Shown piece after piece: positions 16,758 through 28,569 of a stretch of 64,000 nt of DNA. The notes beneath the pieces were generated by a model, which saw only the letters and a program-made list of their open reading frames with translations, had not been told where the DNA came from and searched no databases. How positions within the stretch are numbered: the stretch's first letter is position 1; every line of letters starts with the position of its first letter. This stretch comes from the human T2T-CHM13v2.0 reference genome, Homo sapiens: the NCBI RefSeq assembly GCF_009914755.1, contig NC_060946.1. One strand, 5' to 3'. The position numbers were made by a program, and so were the translations under genes.

Positions 16758-17377
16758 GTATTTAGAGAGTCAAATTATATAAAGCAAAAATATCAGCAAG
16801 TAAATAGAAATGGATAAGCCCCCAAATTATTATAGACATTTCAAACACACATCCTTCAGTAATAGATACAAGAAGAAATTAAAAGAGTAAGATTTAAAAG
16901 AAGCCACTAGATTTTAAAAAGGGCAAATGTTATATAAGGAACATCAATATTATAATTCATGTCATTTTCATGTTCATACCGAATACTTACAAAAATTAAC
17001 ATTTTCTAGACCATACCACAAATTCAAACAATTTTCACGGAAATAATGTGACACAATATATTTCCTAAACAAACAGCAATGAAGGTAAATATCAATACAA
17101 TAAAGAAAGCTAGAAACATAAGTGTAATAATATTGGTTGGAAGCTATTTTAATGACTATTTAAATATTTTAAAAGTGAATAGTCAATACAAATGAACCAA
17201 ACACTTTTGTAAGGCCACTAAGATGCATGTGTAATGTGTAATGCCTCCTTTTATAAGGAGTCAATCTGTAACATCACCTGGGCTATTTGACAACTTCAAA
17301 GTGAATGTGAGAAGGAGAGAAACAGTGAGAGAGATATATATAAAACCAGTAGAATAAACATAAAGAATGAAGGAAAT

Positions 17378-17673
17378 ATCCAGGCGCCATGGTTCATGCC
17401 TGTAATCCCAGCACTTTGGGAGGCTGAGGCAGGGGGATCACCTGAGGTCAGGAGTTCGAGACCAGCCTGGTCCAACAGGGTGAAACCCACTCTCTACTAA
17501 ATATACAAAAATTAGCCTGGCATGGTGGCATGCACTTGTAATCCCAGCTACTCGGGAGGTTGAGGTGGGAGGATTGCTTGAACATGGGGGCTGGAGGTTG
17601 CAGTGAGTCGAGATCACGCCACTACACTCCAGCTTGTGCGACAGAGCAAGACTCCGTGTCAAAAAAAAAAAAG
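17378..17673 (+). mobile_element. AluS (Sx/Sz-like) full length
   Basis: Both arms, A tail, short TSD aggaaata. Confidence 0.95.
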
Positions 17674-19857
17674 AGGAAATAGTACATGAAAAAGCAGAAA
17701 TAAAACAACTATCTATTTAAAAATGCAAAAGCTCACTTTTTCAGAAACATATTAAAATATTAAATCTAAGAAATATCTAGGTAGACTGATGGAGAAAAAT
17801 ACAGAAAATGCACAAAAAGAATTACCTGGAATGCAAAGGATACAAAATGTCAGCAGTTGTAGATTTTATATAAACAATGACTTTCAGTTCAACCATGATG
17901 GGGTATATTGAAAAGAATCTCTCAGAAAAAAAGGAAAAGAAAACTGTTATAAAGCTATGTACAAAATGTTAAGCACTATTGAAATCTTCCAAATCTACCA
18001 GTTACAGACTTATTGGTCTTGGACTAACTCTACTGAAAAGAAAAAAACAAAACAAAACAAAACTAAAAAACCTAGAAACCTGGATAAAATAGCCTACCGT
18101 GGGCACTGCAATGTAACCAAGCAGGTAGGACCTGGGTGCTACATTCTCTTTCTCATAACACGAAGCATTCATACACTCTTCTCACCCTCACTCTCACCTT
18201 TTAATCTTAGATCTACTATTAAATGTATTCAACATTACTATCAATCCTTTGGTCAAAATTTCTTTACTCACATTGTGCTTGATGCACTTGGATAGACTGT
18301 TCAAGAAAGTGTGAGTAGTGAATTCCTCAAACTCTTGCATATTTAAAATTACATTTTTGAGCCTTGATGCTTGAAGTGTAGCTTGGGTAACGGGTGGGCT
18401 TTAAGCCAATTTTGGCATGCAAGGGGTTGAGTTTATTAGGCATCAGCACCGCTGAAAATCGTGGGGATGCAGGCTTAATTTCAACACTCCTCTAAATACT
18501 TGAAAGATGTTATATAATTCTTTAATAAACTCCTGTGTCTACAAATGGTTCACATTAACTCAATATCCATGATTAAACATCTATAAAATCAAGGCACTGT
18601 TATTTAGTGGAGACTTGCTGGCTATTCTATGAGAGGAGGTATTGTTATTGTAATCTCATCCTCTCATAAATGTGTATCATATTACTCATAACCAGCCCTT
18701 CATATTCTATTCCTATTTTGGTATTTTAAAATAAGATATCTTTGAAACACTTGAATTCAAAGAGGGAATCTGAATAGTTTTTAAAAGGTCAATGAAATGC
18801 CGTTTCTTCATGCTTGAACAAATAAAAATGGACTAAAGTGCTTCTCTTCAAACTTTCTGGAACATTTTTTATCTAAATTCTAAGAACAATCGCAATAGGT
18901 TTTAACCACAAATGTGAGAATAGTCTAAATGTTAGGGTGGAAAAATTTTTAAATAATTTTATAGTAATTTTTTCATCATAGTGACAGTGTGCTAAATTTT
19001 TTTAAGTCAAATATTACTTTAGATATTTAAGTCAAGATTCTAAGAAGCTGTTTTAAAGTCCAAAATTTAGTTTTATATACAATGATATTATATATATATT
19101 TGCATATAAAATTAATATATGTAAGCCATGTTTCAAATAGTTGAGATATTATTATATCAAAGATTCTTGATTATATAAAATGCCAATTACTTATAGGCAC
19201 ACATGCTTTAAATAATTACAAAGGCAGTTGTGGTTGATTCTACTCTTGCTACTGGCATTTGTATGGACATAATATTATGGTCTGAAGAATATTTAGGCAA
19301 ATTTATCACTCATATGATCAGAAGAACTATGCAAGATAGTTTATATCTGAAAGGAAAAAAATCTTTATATGGTTCTGAAAGCCTAAATCATTAACAACTT
19401 GGATAATGATTAGCATAAAAATACACAAACATGCCCTCTTCCTAGCAGTAAGTACAGAGTGACAACAGAATCAAAGCACTTGGCTCCTCTTCTCTGCCCT
19501 TTCTAGATGGCACAATTCCTCATGAATCTAAGTGCAGTCATAGGGTGGATTAGGGTGACCTGCCATTTGTATGCAACTGATCTCTATTTTGGAAGTAATT
19601 AAAGTAAAAATATATTTTTAAAAAATAATTTCAATTTTCAGTGCAAACTAGCATGGTTTCACCCCTTTTCTTTGTAACACTTTTTCTAATGTTGGAAAAG
19701 TAAGGTAGACTTTAGTAAGATTTTTAATAATAAGTTTTCAAAGTGAGACTCAAAATGGTGGCGTCAACACATTTCAAGTCTGCTACATGTTGAATACACT
19801 TATTGGAGAAAAGACCTTCTCATCATTTTTCTCTTACAGGAAAGGAAATAATATGTA

Positions 19858-20228
19858 CAGTTGACCCTTAAGCAACACGGAGTCTGGGGTGCTGGCCCCC
19901 CTGCACAGTAGAAAATCCACTATAAATTTGACTTCCCCAAAACTTAACTACTAATAGCCTACTGTAAGCCTTACAAATAACACAAGCAGTCAATTAACAC
20001 ATATTTAATATGTTATGTGTCTTATATACTGTATTCTTAACAAACATGCCAGAGAAAAGAAAAAATCATAAGGAAAATATATCTACTAGTTATTAAATGG
20101 AAGTAGATGATTAAACAGATCTTCATCCTCATCCTTTTCATGGGCAGGGTGTGGAGAATGATATAGAATTGTTGGTTTTGCTAAGCGGACCTGCACAGTT
20201 CAAACCACTGTGGTGCAAAGGCCAACTG
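19858..20228. mobile_element. Tigger2a/MER28-type TcMar MITE
   Basis: TA|cagttgaccctt ... aaaggccaactg|TA terminal inverted repeats. Confidence 0.85.
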
Positions 20229-20328
20229 TATAGCCATTGAATAGCAATTTATTTTTAGAAATTAACCTCACTAAAATATTCTTAGAAGGATGCCAAGAAA
20301 AAAATGAATAAGTATCTTTGGTTCATCT

Positions 20329-21499
20329 ATTTCATCATTTCATTTCATTTCATCATTTCATTTCCTCATTTCATCATTTCATTTCATTTCATCCTTTCAT
20401 TCATCCTTTCATTTCATCATTTCATCATTTCATCTAATCATTTCATCTCATCATTTCATTTCATCATTTAATCTCAACATTTCATTTCATTTCATCATTT
20501 CACTTCATTTCATCATTTCATCATTTCATCTCATCATTTCATTTCATCTCATCATTTCATTTCATCTCATCATTTCATTTCACCTTTTCATCTCGTCATT
20601 TCATCATTTCATTTCATTTCATCTTTTCATCTCATTTCATTTCATCATTTCATTTCATCAATTCATCATTTCATGTATTTCATCATTTCATCGTTTAGTT
20701 TCATCATTTCATTTCATCAGTTCATCATTTGACTTCATTTCATCATTTCTTTTCATCATTTCATATCATTTCATCATTTCATCTTTTCATTTCATTTCAT
20801 CATTTCACTTCATCATTTCATCATTTGATTTCCTCATTTCCTCATTTCATTTCATCCTTTAATCATTTCATCTCATGATTTCATCCTTTCATTTCATCCT
20901 TTCATTTCATCATTTCATCTCATCATTGCATTTTGTCATTTCATTATTTCATTTCATTTCATCATTTCATGTCATCTCATCATTTCATCATTTCATCTCA
21001 TGATATCATTTCATCACATCATTTCATTTCATCGCATTTCATTTCATCTTTTCATCTCGTCATTTCATTTCATTTGATCATTTCATTTCATTATTTCATC
21101 ATTTAATTATTTAACTTCATCATTTCATTTCATCATTTCATATCATTCTTCATTTCATCATTTGATCTTTTCATTTCATTTCATCATTTAATTTCATTTC
21201 ATCTTTTAACTTCGTCATTTCATCATTTGATCTTTTCATTTCATTTCATCATTAATTTCATTTCATCATTTCACTTCGTCATTTCATTTCTTCATTTCAT
21301 TTCCTCATTTCATTTCACCATTGCATTTCATCATTTCATCATTTCATTTCATCATTCCATTTCATCTTTTCATTTCATCACTTCATCATTTCATTTCATC
21401 TCATCATTTCATCCTTTCACTTCATTATTTCATTTCATCATTTCATCTCATCATTTCATCTCATCATTTCATTTCATTCCATCATTTCATTTCATTTCA
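20329..21499 (+). repeat. (CATTT/CAT)n satellite-like array, about 1.17 kb
   Basis: Continuous mixture of CATTT, CAT and CATCT units with very few G on the + strand. Confidence 0.95.
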
Positions 21500-22374
21500 G
21501 TGATTCATGTATTTAAGTGCTATCGTGATGCCCAGGAGACACCCTATTTCCCTTTGTAAAATACCTCCTTCAACAAAAGGCAACCTCTCATGGCTGGCTA
21601 AGTCTACAGGGATACCAGGCTCTCTTCAACCACCCAGTTTGATTTGGAACCTCAAACAGCACCTCAGTTTCATAAAAACTTAAAACATAAACACAACACT
21701 TGGTTGTAAGTGAGACAACAGTTTCTTGTCTCTTTCTCTGCTCAAGGCTTAAGGCCGTGTCTCCCCAACTACGTTCAGTGGAAGAAAAGATCCCCTGGAC
21801 AAATAAGTTTGAGAACTGTTGGTGCAGGACTTCTCAGAACCTTTAAAACACAAATCCTCATCCGCAGGGATCTTCAGGAGGGAGATGGCTGATGCAGCAC
21901 AACTTTCTTTCACAGGAGCATCCTGCAGAATACAGTATGAGATATAGAAAGGCTGCATTGAGTCTTTGTAAGGGCCCGAGCCTTGGTGGGTGTGGGGTAG
22001 GAGCTCTCCAGATAGCATCTAATGAGTAGGAACATTCAGGTGGCTTTTTTTTTCCTTATTGGCAAAACTGTGTGTGCACCATTAATGAAGCTGGTCTCCC
22101 TTATCCATATCAAAACTAAACCCGAATTAATGGCTAAATTGGGACTCAACCCCTCCAGGAGCCACGCGGAGGAAAGCCCCACCACACTTTAAAGTAGCTT
22201 ACCTCATCATATTTGAGGAAAGCAAAACACTTATGATCAGTATGCTGCTAATACAAGTCTACAGATAATGCTGTAGAAAAAATTATTTTTCCCAATCATA
22301 GCTGGCATAGTATACATTTTGCATTACACTTTCCCCCCTTTTTTAAAATTTTAAAAACAGGTCTTTCTCTCTTC

Positions 22375-22517
22375 TTTTTTTAAATTTTAATTTAATTATA
22401 CAAGACGGAGTCTCAGTATCTTGCCCAGGCTGGTCTTGAACTCCTGAGCTCAAGTGATACATCCATCTCTGCCTCCCAAAGTGCTGAGATTACAGGCCTG
22501 AGACACAGTACCTGGCC
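22375..22517 (-). mobile_element. FLAM/Alu left monomer
   Basis: ttgcccaggctggtcttgaactcctgagctcaagtgat...cctggcc with T-rich tail. Confidence 0.85.
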
Positions 22518-22890
22518 TTAAACACAAATCTTACTTCATTCTTACAATTATCCTGAGGTTAGAAAAATGGAAGGGGAAGAAAGAAGAAAAATGGCAAGCA
22601 GGTAGGCAGACTTTGGCTTCATTACTTGGAAGGACAGTTTGCTCGGTTAAAACACACTACTGCCCACAAAGGCCAAGACAACAGAAAAATACAGACTTAT
22701 ATAAATAGATTTTATATGTGACAGTGTTTGAATGGAGACTTTTTCAATGCAAATGACAAACAGCTGTGATTGGGAATAAATGACAATGATTTTTTTTTTT
22801 CTCAACAGCTGTCCTGAGAGCATGTTTCTACATCTCTACTTGCATTCTGGAATCAGGGAGAAAGCCAAAACGGATGACAAGACACTAGAT

Positions 22891-23080
22891 CAGCCGTGTC
22901 CAACGCTTTGACTACAAGGACTTTTCCGCCTATCTGTGGTGGTGGGTATCATGAAAATTATGCGCAAACCTTTTTTTTAAAGCTCATCAGCTGTTGTTAG
23001 CATTAGTGTATTTTATGTGTGGCCCAGGAACATTCTTCTTCCAATGTGGCCCTGAGAAGCCGAAAGACTGGACACCTGTG
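22891..23080 (-). mobile_element. MER30-type hAT MITE
   Basis: gctcatcagct...tagtgtattttatgtgtggccc motif, TIRs, and perfect 8-bp TSD cactagat (22883-22890, 23081-23088). Confidence 0.9.
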
Positions 23081-23201
23081 CACTAGATCAAAAGGCTACT
23101 CCTTCTGGAAGCAATTGTAAAGAATTTCTGACATTATCTTGACATGAAAACCAATGGATAGTGGGATAGAATGAAAAATCTTCAAGAATTTTTCTTGTTG
23201 G

Positions 23202-23463
23202 TTTTTTTTTTTTTTTGAGTCAAGGTCTTGCTCTGTGGCCCAGGCTGGAGTACACTGGTGAGATCACAGCTCAGTGCAGGCTCAAGTGCTCCTCCCGCCT
23301 CAGCCACAGTAGTAGCTAGGATTACAGGTGCGTGCAACCACCCCTGGCTAATATTTTATTTTTTGTAGAGACGGGGTCTCACTATATTGTCCAAGTTGGT
23401 CTCAAACACCTTGACTCAAAGGATCCAGGACAGGATAACAGGTGTGAGCCACCACACCTGGCC
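23202..23463 (-). mobile_element. AluJ with internal deletions
   Basis: Poly(T), ggctcaagtgctcctcccgcctcagcc, tttttgtagagacggggtctcacta. Confidence 0.9.
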
Positions 23464-23924
23464 ATGTGCATGAACTTTTAAGACAAACACAAGGCTCCAC
23501 AAAAGTTAAGGTTTTCCCACCTAATTTCCAGGGGATCTTTTGGTGCAAGGATAAGAAGTCCTTAAAAGTACACAGACAACTACAAAGATTCAAGACAGTT
23601 CACTGGGGCTGAGCCAGCCCACTGGGCAGACTGACCTTCAAGAAAGGCCCACCCATGACATACACCAGATGGCTCTCCAAGAATCTCTCCAGCCCTCAGG
23701 GTCCCTAAGGTACTGGACAGAGCTAGAAAAGTAAGCCCATTTGCTTCTTCCTGCAGGAAACCCCTTGAGGTCAAGACCCCACAATCAGACGAGGATGGAG
23801 TGGCTCACCCTCAGTCAACAGGCCAGACTCAAGGTCGTATAATGTCTTAACCATGGATGTGGGCCTCCAGGTCTCACACCCAAGTCAGTGCTCCTTTAAT
23901 AATCACACTTTGTTAATTCTCCTT

Positions 23925-23996
23925 AACAGGGGTTCCTGGCAAGTCAGTTCTCCCTCAGGCCTTCGGTTTCCTCACCTACAAGATGAGAGGGCTGGA
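23925..23996. mobile_element. MIR core fragment
   Basis: ggcaagtcagttctccctcaggccttcggtttcctcacctacaagatgagagg matches the MIR core. Confidence 0.7.
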
Positions 23997-23999
23997 CCC

Positions 24000-24225
24000 C
24001 GCGGTATCACCCCCGCCACCGCCCTCCTTCTTTTCTCCCATCGCCGCCACGTGCAAGGCCGCTCTATGCAAGACTCAGCGGCCGAGGCAGGGGGCTCGGG
24101 CACCTAGGCAAGGAACCCCCGAGCTTGGAGAGCTGGACCAGGAGCGCCCCTCGGCGCTGACCCCGCCAGGACGCCAGTAAAGCTGGCAGCCGAGTCTGCC
24201 GCTCACGCCCTCAGAGCTGCGGCGG
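24000..24225 (-). pseudogene. KSR1: KSR1 exon-1 fragment (putative 5' UTR plus first ~24 codons); KSR1 pseudogene fragment
   Basis: Minus strand 24071-24000 translates [24 protein letters not shown] versus human KSR1 N-terminus as I recall it, [24 protein letters not shown] (19/24 identical). First ATG is now TTG, and the frame runs into a MIR and stops at 23976. Confidence 0.88.
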
Positions 24226-24885
24226 CAGGCGCAAAAAGCCGCAGCGGCGGGGGCAAAAAGACGCGGTGGCCTGGGAAAAAGTCGCAGCGGCGGGGGCAAA
24301 AAGCCATGGCTGCAAAAAGCGGCAGTGGCGGGGGCAGAAAGCTTCGGTGGCGGGGACAAAAAGCCTAGGCGGCGGGGGCAAAAAGCCGCGGCGGGAAAAA
24401 GGCGCGGTGGCGGGGGCAAAAAGCCACGGCGGCGGGGGCAAAAATACTTGGCGGCGGGGGCAAAAAGCCGCGGTGGGAGAAAGCCGCGGCGGCGGGGGCA
24501 AAGAGACGAGGCGGCGGCAGGGGCAAAAAGCTGCTAAAAGCCGCGGCGGCGCGGACAAAAAGCCTTGGTGGCGCGGGCAAAAAGCAGCGGCGGCAGGGGC
24601 AAAAAACCGCGGCGGCGGCGGCAAAAAGCCGCGGCCGGGGGGAAGAAACCCCGCGGCGGCGGGGCAAGAAGCCGCGTAGGCAAAAGCCGTGGGGGAGGGG
24701 GCAAAAAGCCGCGGAGACCAAAACCCGTGGCGGCGGGGGCAAAAAGCAGCGGCGGTGGGGGTAAAAAGCTGCGTCGGCAAAAGCCATGGCGGCAGGGGCA
24801 AAAAGCAGCGGCGGCGGGGGCAAAAAACCGCGGTAGGAGAAAGCTGCCGCGGCGGGAGCAGAAAGCCTCCGCGGCGGGGCAAAAT
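24218..24885 (+). repeat. GC-rich 22-bp tandem repeat (GCGGCGGCGGGGGCAAAAAGCC)n, about 33 units, CpG-island-like
   Basis: Directly visible. Resembles the GGGCAAAAAGCCG-type repeats known at human pericentromeric duplicon boundaries. Confidence 0.95.
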
Positions 24886-24889
24886 AGTG

Positions 24890-25360
24890 GAAATGGGGTA
24901 GAAGGTGGCACAGCTTTGCATTGCTGGAGTGTGATGTGATAGGAAAAGTGCAGTCGAAGACAAAAAGAGATATAAGTAGGCTTAACTCAGTGCAGCTAAG
25001 AACCCAGATGTTATCTTGAGGGTATTAACTAATAAGCAGTTTAAATCAGAATGTGCCATTCTGATTTGTTTTTTGTATGTTCACATTTGGCAAGCATAGA
25101 TACTGTTTGGAGAGAGGAAACTCAGTAGATAGAGGTAACAAACTTAAATATGTGCCAAGTCTAGAAACAAGAGACTAGGGGGATAAGGACCTTTCAAAAT
25201 AAAATGCAAGATTTGAAAACTGATTGGCTGGGGGATGAGGAAAAGGCAGGTCTTTAAGGTCAATCTATGTTTTGCTTTAAGTTGTTAGGGGGTGGTTTTA
25301 TCACATATTGTAGAATATGTCATTTCAGTTTTGAACATCTTGAGTTAAATTGTCCTAACA
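24890..25360 (-). mobile_element. L2 fragment
   Basis: Antisense L2-like motifs (aagcagtttaaatcagaatgtgccattctgatttg; atttcagttttgaacatcttgagtt). Confidence 0.5.
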
Positions 25361-27329
25361 TATCTTATGAATTTGATTTTGTTCCCTGGGAAGCTAATAT
25401 TTCAAAAACTGAAAGAGTATAGATTTCCAACTTGTGTCCAATTTATAAAATTATCTGTAGGCTGCTGGTTTCAGGAGGAGGCTCATGAATATTCTATTTG
25501 CAGAGAATATATCAGGAGTTAACAACAGCGTCAATATTTGTGGACGACTAGTTAACTAAGCCACCTCTTAGTATATTTAGATGGGAAATCTTAGCTGAAG
25601 ATATTCAATAATGAACCAACAGTGACTAAAAAATTCAATATTTAAGTGTATTTCATCGTAATTAATTTGAAATTAAGTAGCCATATACAGCTAGTATTTA
25701 CTACATTAAGCAATGCAAATAAGAGGACAAAATTAATAACCATCTCTAATACCACATGCCAAAATCCTCATCAATTTATTCTAGCTAAAGGAGTTTATCA
25801 GAAGCAGCAATTGAAAGCACCACCTAAACCAGCTGGGGTTAATTCACTGTCATTCTCTCAGAACCATCTCTTCTCTGAACAAAACAAGTAGAAGAGATAA
25901 TTATGAATCTCCATTTTCCTTGCCTATTTTAAGGTTTTGATGTTGACACTAATTTGTGAAATCCCTCCTGTGGTGTGATATTTCGTTTTCCTTGCTTTTT
26001 GTTAGGACAAGAATGCTTCAGCTCTTAATTTAAAATTATGTTTCTCCCTCCTAGGTTGAGTGAACTTAGAATGCATTCTCTGACATATCCAAGTTTTTGT
26101 TAATATGAATTTGGGGGGAAAAGCATACTAAATTAGCTAAGAATCCTTATTCTAGGCTTGACCCTGTGTTCGACATCTTTTGAATTTGTAGTTGCATAGG
26201 CTGCTCTCTGACACTGGTTAGTGATCTGGAAGCTATATTAACGTTAGGGGAGGTGGTGTATGAGCATTAGAAGTATCCTTGCAAGGAAAGACTTGTCTTA
26301 TGTCAATACGTCTTTTTTTTGCACACAAGAAAGTCAATGTTTGAGTCTTCTAAAATCTTCCTATTTCCAAGTTGCAGAGTACCATCGATTCCTAAACAAA
26401 GATCTAATTTTTGACTCAGAGATGTGGCAAGGTAGTGAATCACCATTATAATTTAACAATCTTCAAGATAAAATTATCTCTCTGATATTTAGATTTTGCC
26501 CAATTATTAAGATATTTGGGTGTTTCGTTAAGAATGGAAGACGCTAGTCTCTTGAGCAGAGACTATAAAGGCCTCAGATGATCATTTTTAATTTTATGCT
26601 CTTTTCTTTAACACCTTCAAAGCAGTTGGAAGCAGCCAATATTCCCCAGAGTTGTTGTGTTTTTTAAACCAAATGCATGGTTCAGTGGTAGAAAACTGGG
26701 CTGACCCAAGCTGTTTTCAGTAAACACTTCATTACAGGTGACCTATTTCATATTAAATAATCTCTATATCCCGTCTTCAAAACTAACTAGATCAGATAAC
26801 CTACCCTAGATTTTCCCCTTTTAGGGTCTGTGAGCTGCAGTCACTTTTGTGAAAATCATTGCAATGAAAAGATAGAGTTGTAGATGGGGAAAATGTTTTG
26901 ACTAATTTAAGCATTGTAGTATTTAATATGAGAAGTTAAGTTATGCACATTTGAAAATTATAATGGAGTCTCTTGGCTGAGCTTTAAAAAAAATAGCATT
27001 TAGGCTAAAAAGGGAACTGCTACCTCTCCTAAAATCAGAAAGATGTTACAGTAATTCTCCATTCTCTAGAATTATCAGGAAGCACCTTTGTGATGATTTA
27101 CTTTTGCTCTTGGGAGTGTGAGCCCGTGTAGTCTTGGAACCATCAATTAGAATGATGGCTTTCTGATCCCAAAGTCATTCGTTCTGAAAACAATATTTTT
27201 CATAAATTTGAAAGTGAGAAGTTTTGATCTTGCCATTCCCAAGTAACTCTCTTAATAAGAGGCATCAGCATGCTTCAGTGACAGCTGTCACCTTCCAGTG
27301 CTGAGAGTCATCTTTGAGTTCTCCATTTC

Positions 27330-28070
27330 ACTCCCTACACTCCAATTTAGCTGCAGTTCTCTTGGCCAGTCCTATGAAATACATCCACGGCCTAACGACT
27401 TCTCACCACTAATACCACTCATACTAACAGCATTCTCACCTAAGTCACTACCTTTTTTCTCTGGATTACAATAGCCTCCCCATATATTTGCTCACATGAC
27501 CTACTTATTCTACACAGTGCACCAGATACACCCCTTTGAAATGCAAACACAATCATGTTATTCTCTGGTGAAATTATCTCATATATTCCTATCGCATTTA
27601 AAATTAATTCAGAATAATCCCATGATTATCAAAACCCTACATGCTCTTCCACAACATGGTTTACTTCCAAGATATCTCTTCAACTTTTTTTTCACTGTGC
27701 TGAATTGGTGACTAATAGTCATATTTTTGTTTTTGCTCAAAAAGTCTTGACTTCTAAATTTTTCAGATTCCCCTTTATCCACAGGTAACTCTTTCCTCAT
27801 AAGGCGAATTGCTAGCTTCCTTGAGATCTGCTCTCAAAGATACCCTTCATTTTCTACCTAATATTAATAACTTGAATCATTCATTATTCCATTACTGTGC
27901 TCTATAGTGTATACCATTTCTCTTCTTTGTCATGTTATTAACTAAATTATTTCTTTGTTCCAGTAAAGTATTCCATAAATATCGTACACATAAAAATTAT
28001 GTTATTTTCATTGCTGTATGCTCAGCTGCCCAATAACAGTTGGAGGATTAACATATTTGTTAAATGCACA
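27330..28070 (+). mobile_element. L2 3' fragment
   Basis: ctctggattacaatagcctccc ... atgcaaacacaatcatgttattctc ... acatatttgttaaatg. Confidence 0.55.
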
Positions 28071-28399
28071 AATACATTTTTTTCACAAATATTAGTTTAA
28101 TAATTTTATATTAAACTCCCTATATACTTACAATATGAATTAGATAATTCAGAATAAACATTCCATTGGAAAAAACTAAACAATTTGTTATAAAACGTCC
28201 TTAAAAGCATCAGAAAGTTAATAGAGCAACGAAGAATTACAGGACCAAATTAAGAATGGAATGGAAGCCTGTTTGTGGGGCTTATGTTTGGGTTATCTCT
28301 TTACTTAGAGTGACTATAAATCTCAAAAGAGAACTAAAGGGATAAGTAACCATATGTACTAACATGGTAAGGGTATTTAAACATCTCTTAGTAATTGAG

Positions 28400-28550
28400 A
28401 AAATTGAAAGAAAAGAAAAAAGAGAAAGGGAGAAAGAGAAACAGAGCGAAAGGGATAATGAAGGAGAGAAATAAGAGAAAGGAAGAGGAAGAAAAGTAAA
28501 AAGGAGGAGGAGGGGAGGGAGGAAGAAAGAAAGGTGAAAAGAAAGAATGG
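28400..28550. repeat. GA-rich low-complexity tract
   Basis: Near purine-only stretch. Confidence 0.85.
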
Positions 28551-28569
28551 TAAAGTTTTCAACAACATA

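Noticed and set aside
24075-24963. Overlapping 114-250 aa ORFs on both strands
   Set aside because: They are translations of the GC-rich 22-bp repeat.
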